DNA from: a virus
Virus record (IMG/VR): IMGVR_UViG_3300045988_137032
Span: 32,001-96,000 of that record
DNA: 64,000 nt
Direction: 5' to 3' (one strand)
Positions 35,227 through 44,982 of the stretch are shown here, piece by piece. Position 1 is the stretch's first letter, and the number at the start of each line of letters is the position of its first letter. Under the pieces are notes generated by a model, which saw nothing but the letters and a program-made list of their open reading frames with translations, had not been told where the DNA came from and did not search any database. The translations under genes were made by a program, and so were the position numbers.

Positions 35227-36423
35227 ATGAACGAAATTTTACGTGAGATCAACAGCGCTTATGATATCAATACGATGCGCATCAACGCTGTTGTTGAAGC
35301 TGCTAACCGTCAGCGTGAAATCAACTTCCATGAAGCTGAGCTGAAGGTTATGCAGGAATCTGGTACTGATGACGAACTGGCCATGCTGATCGAGGCTGCT
35401 GAGTCCGACTTCGTTGAGAATATTCAGAAGGCTCTGGATGCACTGCGTCAGGCTGTCATTAAGTTCTTCTCTGAGTGCCGTCAGAAGCTGGTTGATCTGA
35501 TGAGTAAGCGTGATGACGCTAACAAGCTGGATCAGCTGGAGAAGCGTATGAAGCTGATTCCTCTGATCGGCAAGAAGAAGGTCATGATCGAGGATTACGA
35601 TGCTGAGGTTGCTCTGGCAAAGAAGCATCTGAAGGATCTGGCTGGTCTGACTGCTAAGCTGCGCGGTAAGCAGGAAGTTGACGCTTCTGCTGTCGCTGCT
35701 GTGAAGAAGTCTTATGACGATGAGCATGGTGATCTGATCGGTGCTTCTAATGCTAAGACTGTCTCTATCAATGATGCAGTTAAGATGGCTAAGAAGATGA
35801 TTGCTTCTGGTAACGCTGAGCTGAAGGAGCGTGAGGAAACCGCTCTGAAGGCATGTGACGATGCTAAGAAGGACGCTGAGAAGGCTAATGCAAATGTGGC
35901 TAACCAGATTGCTAATGTGATCTGCCATATTTGCAAGACCGCTCAGAACGACTATCATCGTTGTGTGAACGGTATCATGGCTTCTATCAAGAAGGCCATT
36001 GGTGGCTATAAGGCTGAGCAGAAGACCGCTGAGAAGCCCGGTGTTAAGAATGAGTCTACTGACGACAGCGATGCAGAGATGGAGAAGCTTGCTAAGCAGC
36101 AGGCAGATACCAACTCTAAGGATTCTGTCGATGAGGATGCTGACGATGACGATATCGACATTGGCTTCGATATCGCAGGTGATGACGCTCTGACTGATGG
36201 TTTCGGAATTGATGATGTTGATTCCGATGACGACACTCTGGATGATCTTTCCATCGATGTTGACGATGACGACGACGATGAAGATGATGACGAGGATGAG
36301 TCCTGCTGCCGTGAGTCTGCTGATGATGCTTATCTGGCATCTCTGGCAGGCGTTGCTCTGGAGTCTACTCATGAGCATGAGGCTGGTTACAGCTCCCTGC
36401 TCGATGACATCATGAGCCTGTAA
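35227..36423 (+). CDS. alpha-helical paralogue family protein with poly-Asp/Glu C-terminal region (398 aa)
   Basis: AAAGGAG SD. ALDALRQAVIKFFSECRQKLVDL helix. DVDDDDDDEDDDEDE tract. C-ending codon bias. The minus ORF 35239-36462 is a shadow. Confidence 0.75.
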   Translation: MNEILREINSAYDINTMRINAVVEAANRQREINFHEAELKVMQESGTDDELAMLIEAAESDFVENIQKALDALRQAVIKFFSECRQKLVDLMSKRDDANKLDQLEKRMKLIPLIGKKKVMIEDYDAEVALAKKHLKDLAGLTAKLRGKQEVDASAVAAVKKSYDDEHGDLIGASNAKTVSINDAVKMAKKMIASGNAELKEREETALKACDDAKKDAEKANANVANQIANVICHICKTAQNDYHRCVNGIMASIKKAIGGYKAEQKTAEKPGVKNESTDDSDAEMEKLAKQQADTNSKDSVDEDADDDDIDIGFDIAGDDALTDGFGIDDVDSDDDTLDDLSIDVDDDDDDEDDDEDESCCRESADDAYLASLAGVALESTHEHEAGYSSLLDDIMSL

Positions 36424-36430
36424 TACTCTT

Positions 36431-36477
36431 AACGTGAGTGAGTGACAAAACAAATCACTCACTCACGTTTTTATTTT
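36431..36477 (+). terminator. rho-independent terminator
   Basis: A 15-bp stem, 36431-36445 / 36455-36469, then TTTATTTT. Confidence 0.85.
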
Positions 36478-36499
36478 ATAAAGAAAGGATGAAAATCAT

Positions 36500-37495
36500 A
36501 TGGATGAATCCTTAGATTTCCTTTGTGAAGCAGCCGATTATTTGGATAAATTCATTCCGATCTCCGATACGGATGTTATCCTTGAAGCTACTCCATTTGC
36601 AAAGAAAGCAAATGCGAATAATCAGCAGATGGGTTCTGGTGCAATGGCTTCTATTAAGAAAGCGATCAATGCAATTATGCTTGTCGTTAAGAAAGCAATT
36701 GCAGCTGTTACGAATTTCTTACAGGAAGCTTTCATGAGTAAGGAAGATCGTACGAAGTTTGCATATTTCAAGAAGCTTGCGTCTCAGGATAAAGCATTCG
36801 CAAATAAGCCGATTCGTGTATCCGATTACCGTGCCTATGAGAAAACATATGATGGCGCTTTGAATGAATTGGATCGTCTCTATAAGAGCGGTGCAAGTAC
36901 AGATCAGGTTAGCCCTCTTATGTATAAGCTGAATAAAACTCTTGGTGATATCAAGAATCGTACTGGAAAAGCCGGTGCTGCTGCGATTGCTACTATCGGT
37001 ATGGGTGCTGCTGTAAAACTTGCAAATGATAATGTCATCTGTGCACAGGGTGTGAAAGCAGCTCTTAATGCTGAGAATGGTGCTCTTCAGGATCTTCTTG
37101 CTAAGGCCGCTGGAGATGATCAGGCTGCTAAGTTCAAGGGTAAGGTTGATAGCTATTCCCGTAATGCTTTCTTCCACCGTTGTAAGGTTAATCTTCTGAA
37201 TCGTAAGCAGAATGATATTGCTGCTTGTGGTAAAAGCCTTATGTCTCGTTTGGCTTCTTTTGTCAAGCAGGATGATAACGGTGGATTCCGTATTACTAAG
37301 GGATCTGTTGCAAAGGGTCTTATCCGAAATGCTGATGCTATTGGCGCTGCTGCTCGTGGTGCAACCGGTAATGTTAATAACTCTACCGGTAAGGGCATTA
37401 AGAATGCCGTTAAGGGTGCAGCTAGAACAGCAGATGCTGTAGGCCAAGCAAAGTCTTATGGTAAGGCTGCTAAACGAATCTTTGGAAAAGGCTAA
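36500..37495 (+). CDS. alpha-helical paralogue family protein (331 aa)
   Basis: DFLCEAADY motif, then MASIKKAINAIMLVVKKAIAAVTNFL. Confidence 0.7.
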   Translation: MDESLDFLCEAADYLDKFIPISDTDVILEATPFAKKANANNQQMGSGAMASIKKAINAIMLVVKKAIAAVTNFLQEAFMSKEDRTKFAYFKKLASQDKAFANKPIRVSDYRAYEKTYDGALNELDRLYKSGASTDQVSPLMYKLNKTLGDIKNRTGKAGAAAIATIGMGAAVKLANDNVICAQGVKAALNAENGALQDLLAKAAGDDQAAKFKGKVDSYSRNAFFHRCKVNLLNRKQNDIAACGKSLMSRLASFVKQDDNGGFRITKGSVAKGLIRNADAIGAAARGATGNVNNSTGKGIKNAVKGAARTADAVGQAKSYGKAAKRIFGKG

Positions 37496-37506
37496 TTAAA
37501 CTACTT

Positions 37507-37560
37507 AATACATGAAGCACATTCGTATAAGCCGAATAGTGCTTCATGTATTATTCTTTC
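37507..37560 (+). terminator. rho-independent terminator
   Basis: A 14-bp stem, 37507-37520 / 37539-37552. Confidence 0.7.
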
Positions 37561-37604
37561 GACACAAGAAACATTTGGAGACGGATAAGGAGTGAATTGT
37601 GTTT

Positions 37605-37787
37605 ATGAGGCAATGTCCGAATTGTGGATCTACTAAAGTTTATAAATGCAGTAAATTAAATAAGACCACGGGATATATTGATATCTGGTATGGGTGTATG
37701 CATTGCTCTTATACCAGTGATGCATATCCAAGTGACACTGATAAAGGGATTGAGCTTATGTCTGATTGGAACGATCTAGCATCATAA
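37605..37787 (+). CDS. small zinc-ribbon protein (60 aa)
   Basis: CPNCG..(26 aa)..CMHCS, two CxxC pairs. AAGGAG SD. GTG 37599 is an alternative start. Confidence 0.55.
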   Translation: MRQCPNCGSTKVYKCSKLNKTTGYIDIWYGCMHCSYTSDAYPSDTDKGIELMSDWNDLAS

Positions 37788-37796
37788 GCAAAATGA

Positions 37797-37815
37797 CTTG
37801 AAAACACATCTTTAA
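37797..37815 (+). promoter_or_regulatory. promoter-like motif class L
   Basis: CTTGAAAACACATCTTTAA, about 45 nt before ATG 37859. Confidence 0.45.
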
Positions 37816-37858
37816 TACTCCGAATTAAAATTCACTATAATAAAGGAAGGTGTTAGTA

Positions 37859-38671
37859 ATGGTAAGAACTGATCAAGCTTATATCAATCAGTACCTCGTC
37901 TATGACGAGGTGTTTGAAGCTTGTGAAGCATGTGAAAAAGCATGTGTAGAAGCTGATTATTTCCTGCGTAAAGAAGCTCGTAAGAGTTATCTTGATACTT
38001 ACTTTTCTGAAGCACTAAACGTCGGTGCTAAGAAGAATGATAAGACGGAAGATAACATCTTTGCTAAGATCGGTAAGGCTATCGTTGCTCTTATTGAGAA
38101 GATTAAGAAGGGTATCAAGCATATTACCGATGCTATTCTTGGTAGTGAGCGTCGCAATGCAAAAACAAATTCTGCCGTCCAGAAGATCATTGCTGAGAAT
38201 CCTGAACTGAAGAAGGATATCATCAAGGGTGTTCGTAATGAATGGTTCACATCATATGATGTTGCTGGCTATAAGAATGATATCATCGGTCTGATTAATA
38301 TGATTGATCAGGCTAAGATCGATAATGCTACAGCAATGGATAAGTTTAAGATGTCAACCGAGAAGTTCCGTAAAGGCACTGTTAAGGTTATTGCAGGTGC
38401 TGGTGCAGCAACTGCTCTCTTTAAATTCGTTACCGAATTGAATAATCAGCGTAAAGCTCTTCGTGATATGGCTACCGACGTCCAGAAGCTTTGTGAAAAG
38501 AAGAAGGAAGAAGCCGAGAAGAAGGGTAAGGATGCTGGTGTAATTAGCAACGTACTTCGTATTATCACCAGCACTATCCAGGTTCTTTTTGGTATTGATA
38601 AACAGCTTGAAGACAATACTAAGAATATCGAAAACCATGTCGAAAGTGCAACTGGTGTAAATAAATCTTAA
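37859..38671 (+). CDS. alpha-helical paralogue family protein (270 aa)
   Basis: FEACEACEKACVEAD motif, then IFAKIGKAIVALIEKIKKGIKHITDAI. Confidence 0.7.
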   Translation: MVRTDQAYINQYLVYDEVFEACEACEKACVEADYFLRKEARKSYLDTYFSEALNVGAKKNDKTEDNIFAKIGKAIVALIEKIKKGIKHITDAILGSERRNAKTNSAVQKIIAENPELKKDIIKGVRNEWFTSYDVAGYKNDIIGLINMIDQAKIDNATAMDKFKMSTEKFRKGTVKVIAGAGAATALFKFVTELNNQRKALRDMATDVQKLCEKKKEEAEKKGKDAGVISNVLRIITSTIQVLFGIDKQLEDNTKNIENHVESATGVNKS

Positions 38672-38693
38672 TCCGGAAAGGAGGTAATATCCA

Positions 38694-41438
38694 ATGGATA
38701 ATGGTCTCCGTATTTTGAACTCGTTTGTGGTTGATCATAAGCGAGCAGAGACTGGCTTCTCTCAGCAGAATTTCATTTCCAATATGAAGTTCTTCTCGGA
38801 AGCATATACTATTGATTCTAAGATCATCAATCAGCTTTACGATTCTACGATCTATGGTCGCTACATTGCTATGGCTGTTGATAATCTCAATGCAATGAAG
38901 TGCGTTGATTACGCATATCTGGATAAGTTCTTCTCTGATGTATATACATCTGCTCCTCTTGAAGGTAAAGGTATTACCATTGGCCTTCAGGATGTTAGTG
39001 AGATTGAGAAGATTCGTCCTGAATATCTTTCCTCTATTCCTGTCTTCTTTGATAATTACCTGAAGGCTATTCTGGCTGGTAATAAGAAAAAGAGCGACAT
39101 TGATAGAGAAGTTCTCAATGGCGCATTTAAGGATCGACTGAAGCGTCAGCTTGTCAAAACAACTCTTACTGTGAATGATACTCGTGATCTTATGAAGCTT
39201 GATTCTCCGAATCTGGTTAAGGTTGATGAGACATTCATTGCAAATAATATCATTCCCTTTATCCGTGCATATGCTCAGGAGGTTGATCTCCTTACTCGTA
39301 TTGCGGAACAGACGATTGCTCGTATTGGCGGTGCCAATGATGACATTAAGTCTTCCATTGAAGCGCTGAATGAGATGATTTCTTCCAATAAGCTGGATAA
39401 TGGTACCATTTATAATACGAAGTATTTTGCATTCAATATGCAGAGTCAGTATATGAGCATTTGTGCTTATATTTCTGCTATGCTGATTCGTAAGATTGCA
39501 TATTATACTTATAATATGCGTGCTATTCAGCATCTGTATAATGTCATCATTGCTTACTTCCCGGAAGCAGAATCTATTCTTCATGAGTCTGTGCTGGATG
39601 GCCGTCTTGATGATATTGATTCTACTGAACTTCTTGATTCTATGATTGGTGATGATCTTAGTATCATCATCCCTAAAATTCGGGATACAGTAAATCGCAA
39701 GAAGATTGAGATTGCCAATCTTGCAGCAAAGCACATGAATATGAAGCTTTCTGCTATGGATGACATCAATCACCATGAAGGTGATTATGACGATACTCCG
39801 TATCTGGAACTGAGTAATACTTTCAATCAGATTGCAAAAACTCTTCATGAGTTTGAGCTGGCTATCAAGAATCCGGAAGCCGTGATGGATGATGTAATCA
39901 CGAATCTCGGTCTTGATGAAAGCTTTGTCACAAAGTACATGGATGTTGTAAATAAGGCTCGTGATACTTCTGCATATGATTCTATGATTAGCAATCATAT
40001 GACGGATGCTGCTGCGAAATCTCTTTACAATGAGATTTCTGATTTTGAGAAGAATACTTCATCCATCTCTTCTACAGCAACCAAGGTGTATCTGTATATC
40101 CAGGCTCTTGAGAAAGCTTATGATGTAAACAATGGTCATCTTGATAATCCGACTTATATCGAGGCTAAGGAAGTCATCGATAACATCATGTCGGATTATA
40201 AGGAGTATTGCCTGTCGGTTGCACGTTGTATTGTGAATCGTCTGGATAACCTGTCTCATATTCTCATTGAGAACTTCGATGACGAGCGTCAGATGATTGA
40301 AGCAACTGTGTATCCTTCTGAGAACGTAGACTTCTATGAAGCAACCAATTTCGTTGCTGAGTATGATTATGTCTTGAAGGAATCTGCTGATCTGTTCACT
40401 GACCTCATGAAGGACTATAAGGCTATGAAAGCACAGCGTGACCGTGGTGTTAAGCTTGTCTATGAAGCTGAAGGTGATCAGAACGGCCAGCAGAATGGTC
40501 AGACAAATGGTCAGCAGAACGGCGATCAGAAGGCTGACGCTGCATCTGCTAAGACTGCTGAGGTTAAGGTTGATGGAACGTCAACTACTAAGGCAGAAAC
40601 TAATGCAAACTCCAATAATGGTAAGTCTGATGCTAATACCAAGGGTATCATTCAGGCATTCATTGACGCTATTAAGAAGATCAAGAATAAGTGGTTTGAT
40701 AAGGTGAAGATGCTTATTGCTAAGCATAGTAACTGGCTGAATAAGGTTAAGTACAAACTTCAAAACGTCGATGCCAATAAGATCACTATGAATCTTGCTG
40801 ATTATAGCGAAGTGAGCGAAAATATTATTACTGGTCATATCAATACTGCCGTTACGAAGATTAATAGTATCAATGCTGATAACCTTCCGAACGAGATTAA
40901 GAATGGTAGTAATAATGCTCAGAAGTTCTTGTTCCCGAATGTGCCGCAGATCAATGGTGCAGAGAATTTCAAGGAAAATCTTTCTCTGTATTATATCTGG
41001 GGTAAGAATGCAAAGTCTGATCCTAAGCAGAATAAGCTTACTACTTATACAGGCGATAGTGCAACTGAAAAGATCAATGGCATGATTGAATACTGTGATA
41101 AGTATTTCACCATGTGTGATAATCTGAATAAGCTGATGGATAATCTGATTAAGGCCGCTGGTGATAAGCAGAAGGCTGCTAATGATAGCAAGAAGGAAGG
41201 AAATACTGACCAGAATCAGGCTCAGCAGAATAACGATAAGACAAATCTGAATCGTGTTCTCACTGATACTTGCAGAGATTTCATGACTTCTACTATGACT
41301 GCTTGTGAGAAGAAGTACATGGACTACATGACAGTTCTTCGCAAGATTTCTCCTGAGAGTGCAGAAACACCTCCTGAGAATAAGGAAGAGAAGCCTGCTG
41401 AAGGTGAACAACCGAAGCAAGAAGAGTCTAAGGGCTAA
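38694..41438 (+). CDS. large alpha-helical protein (914 aa) with Q/N/G low-complexity linker
   Basis: AAAGGAGG SD. GDQNGQQNGQTNGQQNGDQ tract. IIQAFIDAIKKIKNKWFDKVKMLIAKH helix resembles the family signature. Confidence 0.75.
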   Translation: MDNGLRILNSFVVDHKRAETGFSQQNFISNMKFFSEAYTIDSKIINQLYDSTIYGRYIAMAVDNLNAMKCVDYAYLDKFFSDVYTSAPLEGKGITIGLQDVSEIEKIRPEYLSSIPVFFDNYLKAILAGNKKKSDIDREVLNGAFKDRLKRQLVKTTLTVNDTRDLMKLDSPNLVKVDETFIANNIIPFIRAYAQEVDLLTRIAEQTIARIGGANDDIKSSIEALNEMISSNKLDNGTIYNTKYFAFNMQSQYMSICAYISAMLIRKIAYYTYNMRAIQHLYNVIIAYFPEAESILHESVLDGRLDDIDSTELLDSMIGDDLSIIIPKIRDTVNRKKIEIANLAAKHMNMKLSAMDDINHHEGDYDDTPYLELSNTFNQIAKTLHEFELAIKNPEAVMDDVITNLGLDESFVTKYMDVVNKARDTSAYDSMISNHMTDAAAKSLYNEISDFEKNTSSISSTATKVYLYIQALEKAYDVNNGHLDNPTYIEAKEVIDNIMSDYKEYCLSVARCIVNRLDNLSHILIENFDDERQMIEATVYPSENVDFYEATNFVAEYDYVLKESADLFTDLMKDYKAMKAQRDRGVKLVYEAEGDQNGQQNGQTNGQQNGDQKADAASAKTAEVKVDGTSTTKAETNANSNNGKSDANTKGIIQAFIDAIKKIKNKWFDKVKMLIAKHSNWLNKVKYKLQNVDANKITMNLADYSEVSENIITGHINTAVTKINSINADNLPNEIKNGSNNAQKFLFPNVPQINGAENFKENLSLYYIWGKNAKSDPKQNKLTTYTGDSATEKINGMIEYCDKYFTMCDNLNKLMDNLIKAAGDKQKAANDSKKEGNTDQNQAQQNNDKTNLNRVLTDTCRDFMTSTMTACEKKYMDYMTVLRKISPESAETPPENKEEKPAEGEQPKQEESKG

Positions 41439-41439
41439 T

Positions 41440-41485
41440 AAATACAGGTAAGAATCTTATATTTAGATTCTTACCTGTATTTTTA
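41440..41485. terminator. bidirectional terminator between convergent genes
   Basis: An 18-bp stem, 41440-41457 / 41465-41482. Confidence 0.8.
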
Positions 41486-42769
41486 AGCCATTACGGTTTT
41501 CTTTAATACCACAGTACTAATTACATCAAACTCACAGTTGTTACCATTGAAGATATTTACACATGTTCCAATTCGATATGTACCACCATACTTACTATGA
41601 AGCAATTGGTTCTCAAAGATTACTGTGCATTCTTTATTCGGAGTTAATCCAAGAATATCGACATTTTGCATAGCAATTGTGAGCATCATGTTATTTCCTG
41701 TCTGGATTGCTTGATATACTGTGGACTTATATGGATTAGAAGAATTATTATACAGCGTCGTCTTATTTGCATTACCAACGATATTCTGTTTGCTTGCTTT
41801 TGCAGTAGATGCACTATTCGCTTTCATATCCACAATGTCTGCTTCTGTACCATCAATGACATTACCAGAAACACTTGCACTATGAATCGAAATACTACTA
41901 CTCGATACGTTGTAGTAGTAATGCTCATCTTTTGGCTTTTCGAGCATATTACTCATATAAGAATGAGTATTCTTCTTATCCATTACATAGAAGACAGATT
42001 CTTTCCATTCTTTCTTCTTGTATGTAGTACATCCGCCTTTACAGTCAATGATATATCCATTATTGAATCCAAAAAATATTGTAGTGCCATATTGATGGAA
42101 ACCTACGTTATTATTTAGATACTTTAATTGCTTATCAATTGACTGCGGAGGTAATACCATCTCAGAATAACTCTTTGTATTCTGCAATGGAGACATCAAT
42201 ACATCACTCACTCCTGCTTGAGAAAGTAAATACGAAATTGCAGTAGTCATATCAACTTCCTGCATAATCACATTTACTTGTTTCCGTAAGCCACTTACCC
42301 AATCTTTTTTGAATAAGAATAGCTCAACCATATTGAGTAGTTCTTCAAGCTTATTGACGTCTTTCTTTGTATCTCCCTCTTCTTTTAGTTGCTGCTCATA
42401 GTCCTGATTTTCATCATCTGCAAATAATACAAATTTTGTATTAAATACATCTCTATCACAGCTCTTACTTTCCGTAAGGGTATTACCGGAATACTTTCGA
42501 TAGAAAGACTGAAGTCTCACGATGATTTCTACTTTATTCTTATTCTTAATCATCGCGTAGTAACGAGATGCTTCAAGTAGCACATTTACTTTGAAGATGG
42601 GGAAAGTAGCATCATCATAATAATTCTCAATCTTGAATGTCTGGATTCTTTCCAGAGGAATTTCATCTTCTTTACCATCGATAGAAATCGTAAACTTTGA
42701 AATCTTGTATTTGTATTCAAGAAATCTATCTTTCTTTTCATCAATGGTAAGGGATTGTGTCGTAGCCAT
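41483..42769 (-). CDS. hypothetical protein (428 aa), possibly tail or baseplate associated
   Basis: GGAAGGAG SD. No diagnostic motif. Confidence 0.7.
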   Translation of the reverse strand: MATTQSLTIDEKKDRFLEYKYKISKFTISIDGKEDEIPLERIQTFKIENYYDDATFPIFKVNVLLEASRYYAMIKNKNKVEIIVRLQSFYRKYSGNTLTESKSCDRDVFNTKFVLFADDENQDYEQQLKEEGDTKKDVNKLEELLNMVELFLFKKDWVSGLRKQVNVIMQEVDMTTAISYLLSQAGVSDVLMSPLQNTKSYSEMVLPPQSIDKQLKYLNNNVGFHQYGTTIFFGFNNGYIIDCKGGCTTYKKKEWKESVFYVMDKKNTHSYMSNMLEKPKDEHYYYNVSSSSISIHSASVSGNVIDGTEADIVDMKANSASTAKASKQNIVGNANKTTLYNNSSNPYKSTVYQAIQTGNNMMLTIAMQNVDILGLTPNKECTVIFENQLLHSKYGGTYRIGTCVNIFNGNNCEFDVISTVVLKKTVMA

Positions 42770-42808
42770 AAGAAAAAAATCATCTCCTTCCTTTTATGAT
42801 GATTTTTC

Positions 42809-43888
42809 TTAGTTTATTAACTCGTTTATCATGATAGGATAGAACTGATACACCGTACGATTCAGTTCTTCCAATGAGTTCCTATCATAACGATCTGTGA
42901 TTTGACTCTTTATTTCAAATGCATCAGATTCTGTCATATCAGAATATTGACTATCCAGATTAATGCACTTGCAATTTGTTTCCATATACTCATCCATCTC
43001 ATTGAAGATAGAACAGCATACTTTAATGGATCTACACTTACTGGTTAACTCTCCTTCTTTGATTGCTTTCTTAATCTTATTTGATACTGTCTTAGGCCCA
43101 ATTCCTCTTACCGAGTTAATATTACGTCTAGTATCACCAATGGATGCAAGGCACATAGAATAAAACATCTTATTGTAAAATACATCCACGTTATTTACTA
43201 CTGCCATATTATCTCGGAAGATCATCGGAATCACTTTACTGAAATCATTTAAGAATAATACTTGCCCAGAAGATCTCTTTACCAGTAGAGTAAAGAAGTT
43301 CTGATAGTTCATATACTGGGTGTCAATGATATCTCCAGTAATAATGAAATTCTTTCTATCTGGATATTCTTTACTAACTGCAATAGGGACCACAGATGAA
43401 TCAATTCCAGTTGTCTTTATGAAGTAAACATCAGGGATGAATTCCATGATAGCACTTACCGTAGGAATAATTTCATCCATGAATTTTCTTCCAATTGAAG
43501 CATATTTACCAGACTTGAATTTATACCGGTAGTATTCACGGTAGTGGTCAATATACTTCTTATTATTAAATTTCCTAGCATCAATGTAACTATAATACAG
43601 AAAGACTTTTGTATCAAGTCCATGCTTACGGAAGAATCGTTTGTAGTGCGCTGCTAGATTGATAATACCAGTTACACATATCTTATCAAAATTCTCATCT
43701 CCTAATGCAATCTCATCAACATCTTTTAGAGTTAATATACTATGAAGCAGAGTTTCAATATTGATGAATACACTCACTTTGTCATCTGGTGATAAGAACT
43801 TCTTTTCTCGTATTATCTGTGCATATTGAAGGTATCGTATCTTCATACTGGAAAAGCACACTTCATATGGGTTTGTGTCACTATTCAT
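42809..43888 (-). CDS. 5'-3' exonuclease / flap endonuclease (T4 RNase H-like)
   Basis: H3TH motif VRGIGPKTVSNKIKKAIKEG. Acidic clusters (ITGDIIDTQY) in a FEN-like arrangement. Confidence 0.7.
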   Translation of the reverse strand: MNSDTNPYEVCFSSMKIRYLQYAQIIREKKFLSPDDKVSVFINIETLLHSILTLKDVDEIALGDENFDKICVTGIINLAAHYKRFFRKHGLDTKVFLYYSYIDARKFNNKKYIDHYREYYRYKFKSGKYASIGRKFMDEIIPTVSAIMEFIPDVYFIKTTGIDSSVVPIAVSKEYPDRKNFIITGDIIDTQYMNYQNFFTLLVKRSSGQVLFLNDFSKVIPMIFRDNMAVVNNVDVFYNKMFYSMCLASIGDTRRNINSVRGIGPKTVSNKIKKAIKEGELTSKCRSIKVCCSIFNEMDEYMETNCKCINLDSQYSDMTESDAFEIKSQITDRYDRNSLEELNRTVYQFYPIMINELIN

Positions 43889-43904
43889 TCTTTCACCTTC
43901 TTAT

Positions 43905-43953
43905 GAAAAAATAAAGAGACAGTCTGATCCTTAACGTGTCAGACTGTCTCTTT
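43905..43953 (-). terminator. rho-independent terminator of gene 44024-44815
   Basis: A 15-bp stem, 43913-43927 / 43939-43953. T-run on the minus strand (A-run 43905-43912 on +). Confidence 0.8.
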
Positions 43954-44023
43954 CCTACTTACTGTCTACACCCGATAAGTAGTGCTAAATTTATTTGCTT
44001 GGATTAAATCACTTTCGTGTGAA

Positions 44024-44815
44024 TTACAGATTGGTCAGCGAGTTGCTGATCATCTCATTCTCGCTCATGTTGCCGCCATTGTGCTTACCCTTCTTATTCT
44101 TCTTGTCGTTGCGGGTAGCGCACTTAACGATATACTGCCACTTACCAGTAGCAGTTTGCTGATTTGCATGCAGATAGACCTCAAAGGGACGGTTGTTGAG
44201 ATCGGTGACATTCTTGTTTCCAGCTTCCACCATGTCCTTGAACACGGCTTTCGGATCGATCAGAACGATCACGCGAGTGCAACCTTTGTGGAAGCGATGG
44301 ATATGGGGCTTCGCATGCTTGCGAATCTTGTTGACAAGTTCGACATTCAGGTGCATACGACGCATGAAATCACGGTCATAGAAACCCTTCAGATCTTCCT
44401 TCTTGAACATATACTGCTCAATGATGGATGCATAAGGCTCACGCAGAGTAATGGTACCTGCACCAGTATCGCCCTCCTCATCACCCATGTAACGAGCTGC
44501 CATGTTCATCAGATCCACCGTTCCACCAGACTGCTTGTTGTTCTTCCGGTTATCCTGACCATCCTCGAGAGCACTCAGAGGAAGAGTCAGCCAGAAGGGG
44601 ACAAACACAGGTTTGGGATCCTTCTTCATGTAGCTGTAGACACGGGAGACGAGCTGCACTCCTTCATCAGGAATGCTGCCTCCTCTGTTCTTGTTCCAGC
44701 CTGCGATGGCTGCGGACAGACGGGCATTGATGAACTCTTCAGCAGCCTGCGTAGAGCTCTTATACTCGATCTCGTTGTCGATGCGGATCAGCCCGATGTT
44801 GTTGTTGATGTCCAT
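44024..44815 (-). CDS. hypothetical protein (263 aa) with strong C-ending codon bias
   Basis: AAAGGAG SD. Monocistronic between the class-E motif and the terminator. The + ORF 43982-44863 is a shadow. Confidence 0.75.
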   Translation of the reverse strand: MDINNNIGLIRIDNEIEYKSSTQAAEEFINARLSAAIAGWNKNRGGSIPDEGVQLVSRVYSYMKKDPKPVFVPFWLTLPLSALEDGQDNRKNNKQSGGTVDLMNMAARYMGDEEGDTGAGTITLREPYASIIEQYMFKKEDLKGFYDRDFMRRMHLNVELVNKIRKHAKPHIHRFHKGCTRVIVLIDPKAVFKDMVEAGNKNVTDLNNRPFEVYLHANQQTATGKWQYIVKCATRNDKKNKKGKHNGGNMSENEMISNSLTNL

Positions 44816-44970
44816 AGTTGTTTTTCTCCTTTAATAATTAAAATAATTTGTGTTGCAGTATAGCAATTTCACTCGACGGGTAAAATTGTAACCTATACTT
44901 ACTTCCTATCGGAATTAGTTGTTTGTATGTGTAGACATTTGAAATTATACTCTCAACTTCATCCTATGTA

Positions 44971-44980
44971 TATAATATAT
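44971..44980 (-). promoter_or_regulatory. promoter-like motif class E
   Basis: The minus strand reads ATTATATATTATATACATAGGATGAAG. Core is exact. Lies 156 nt upstream of ATG 44815. Confidence 0.5.
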
Positions 44981-44982
44981 AA

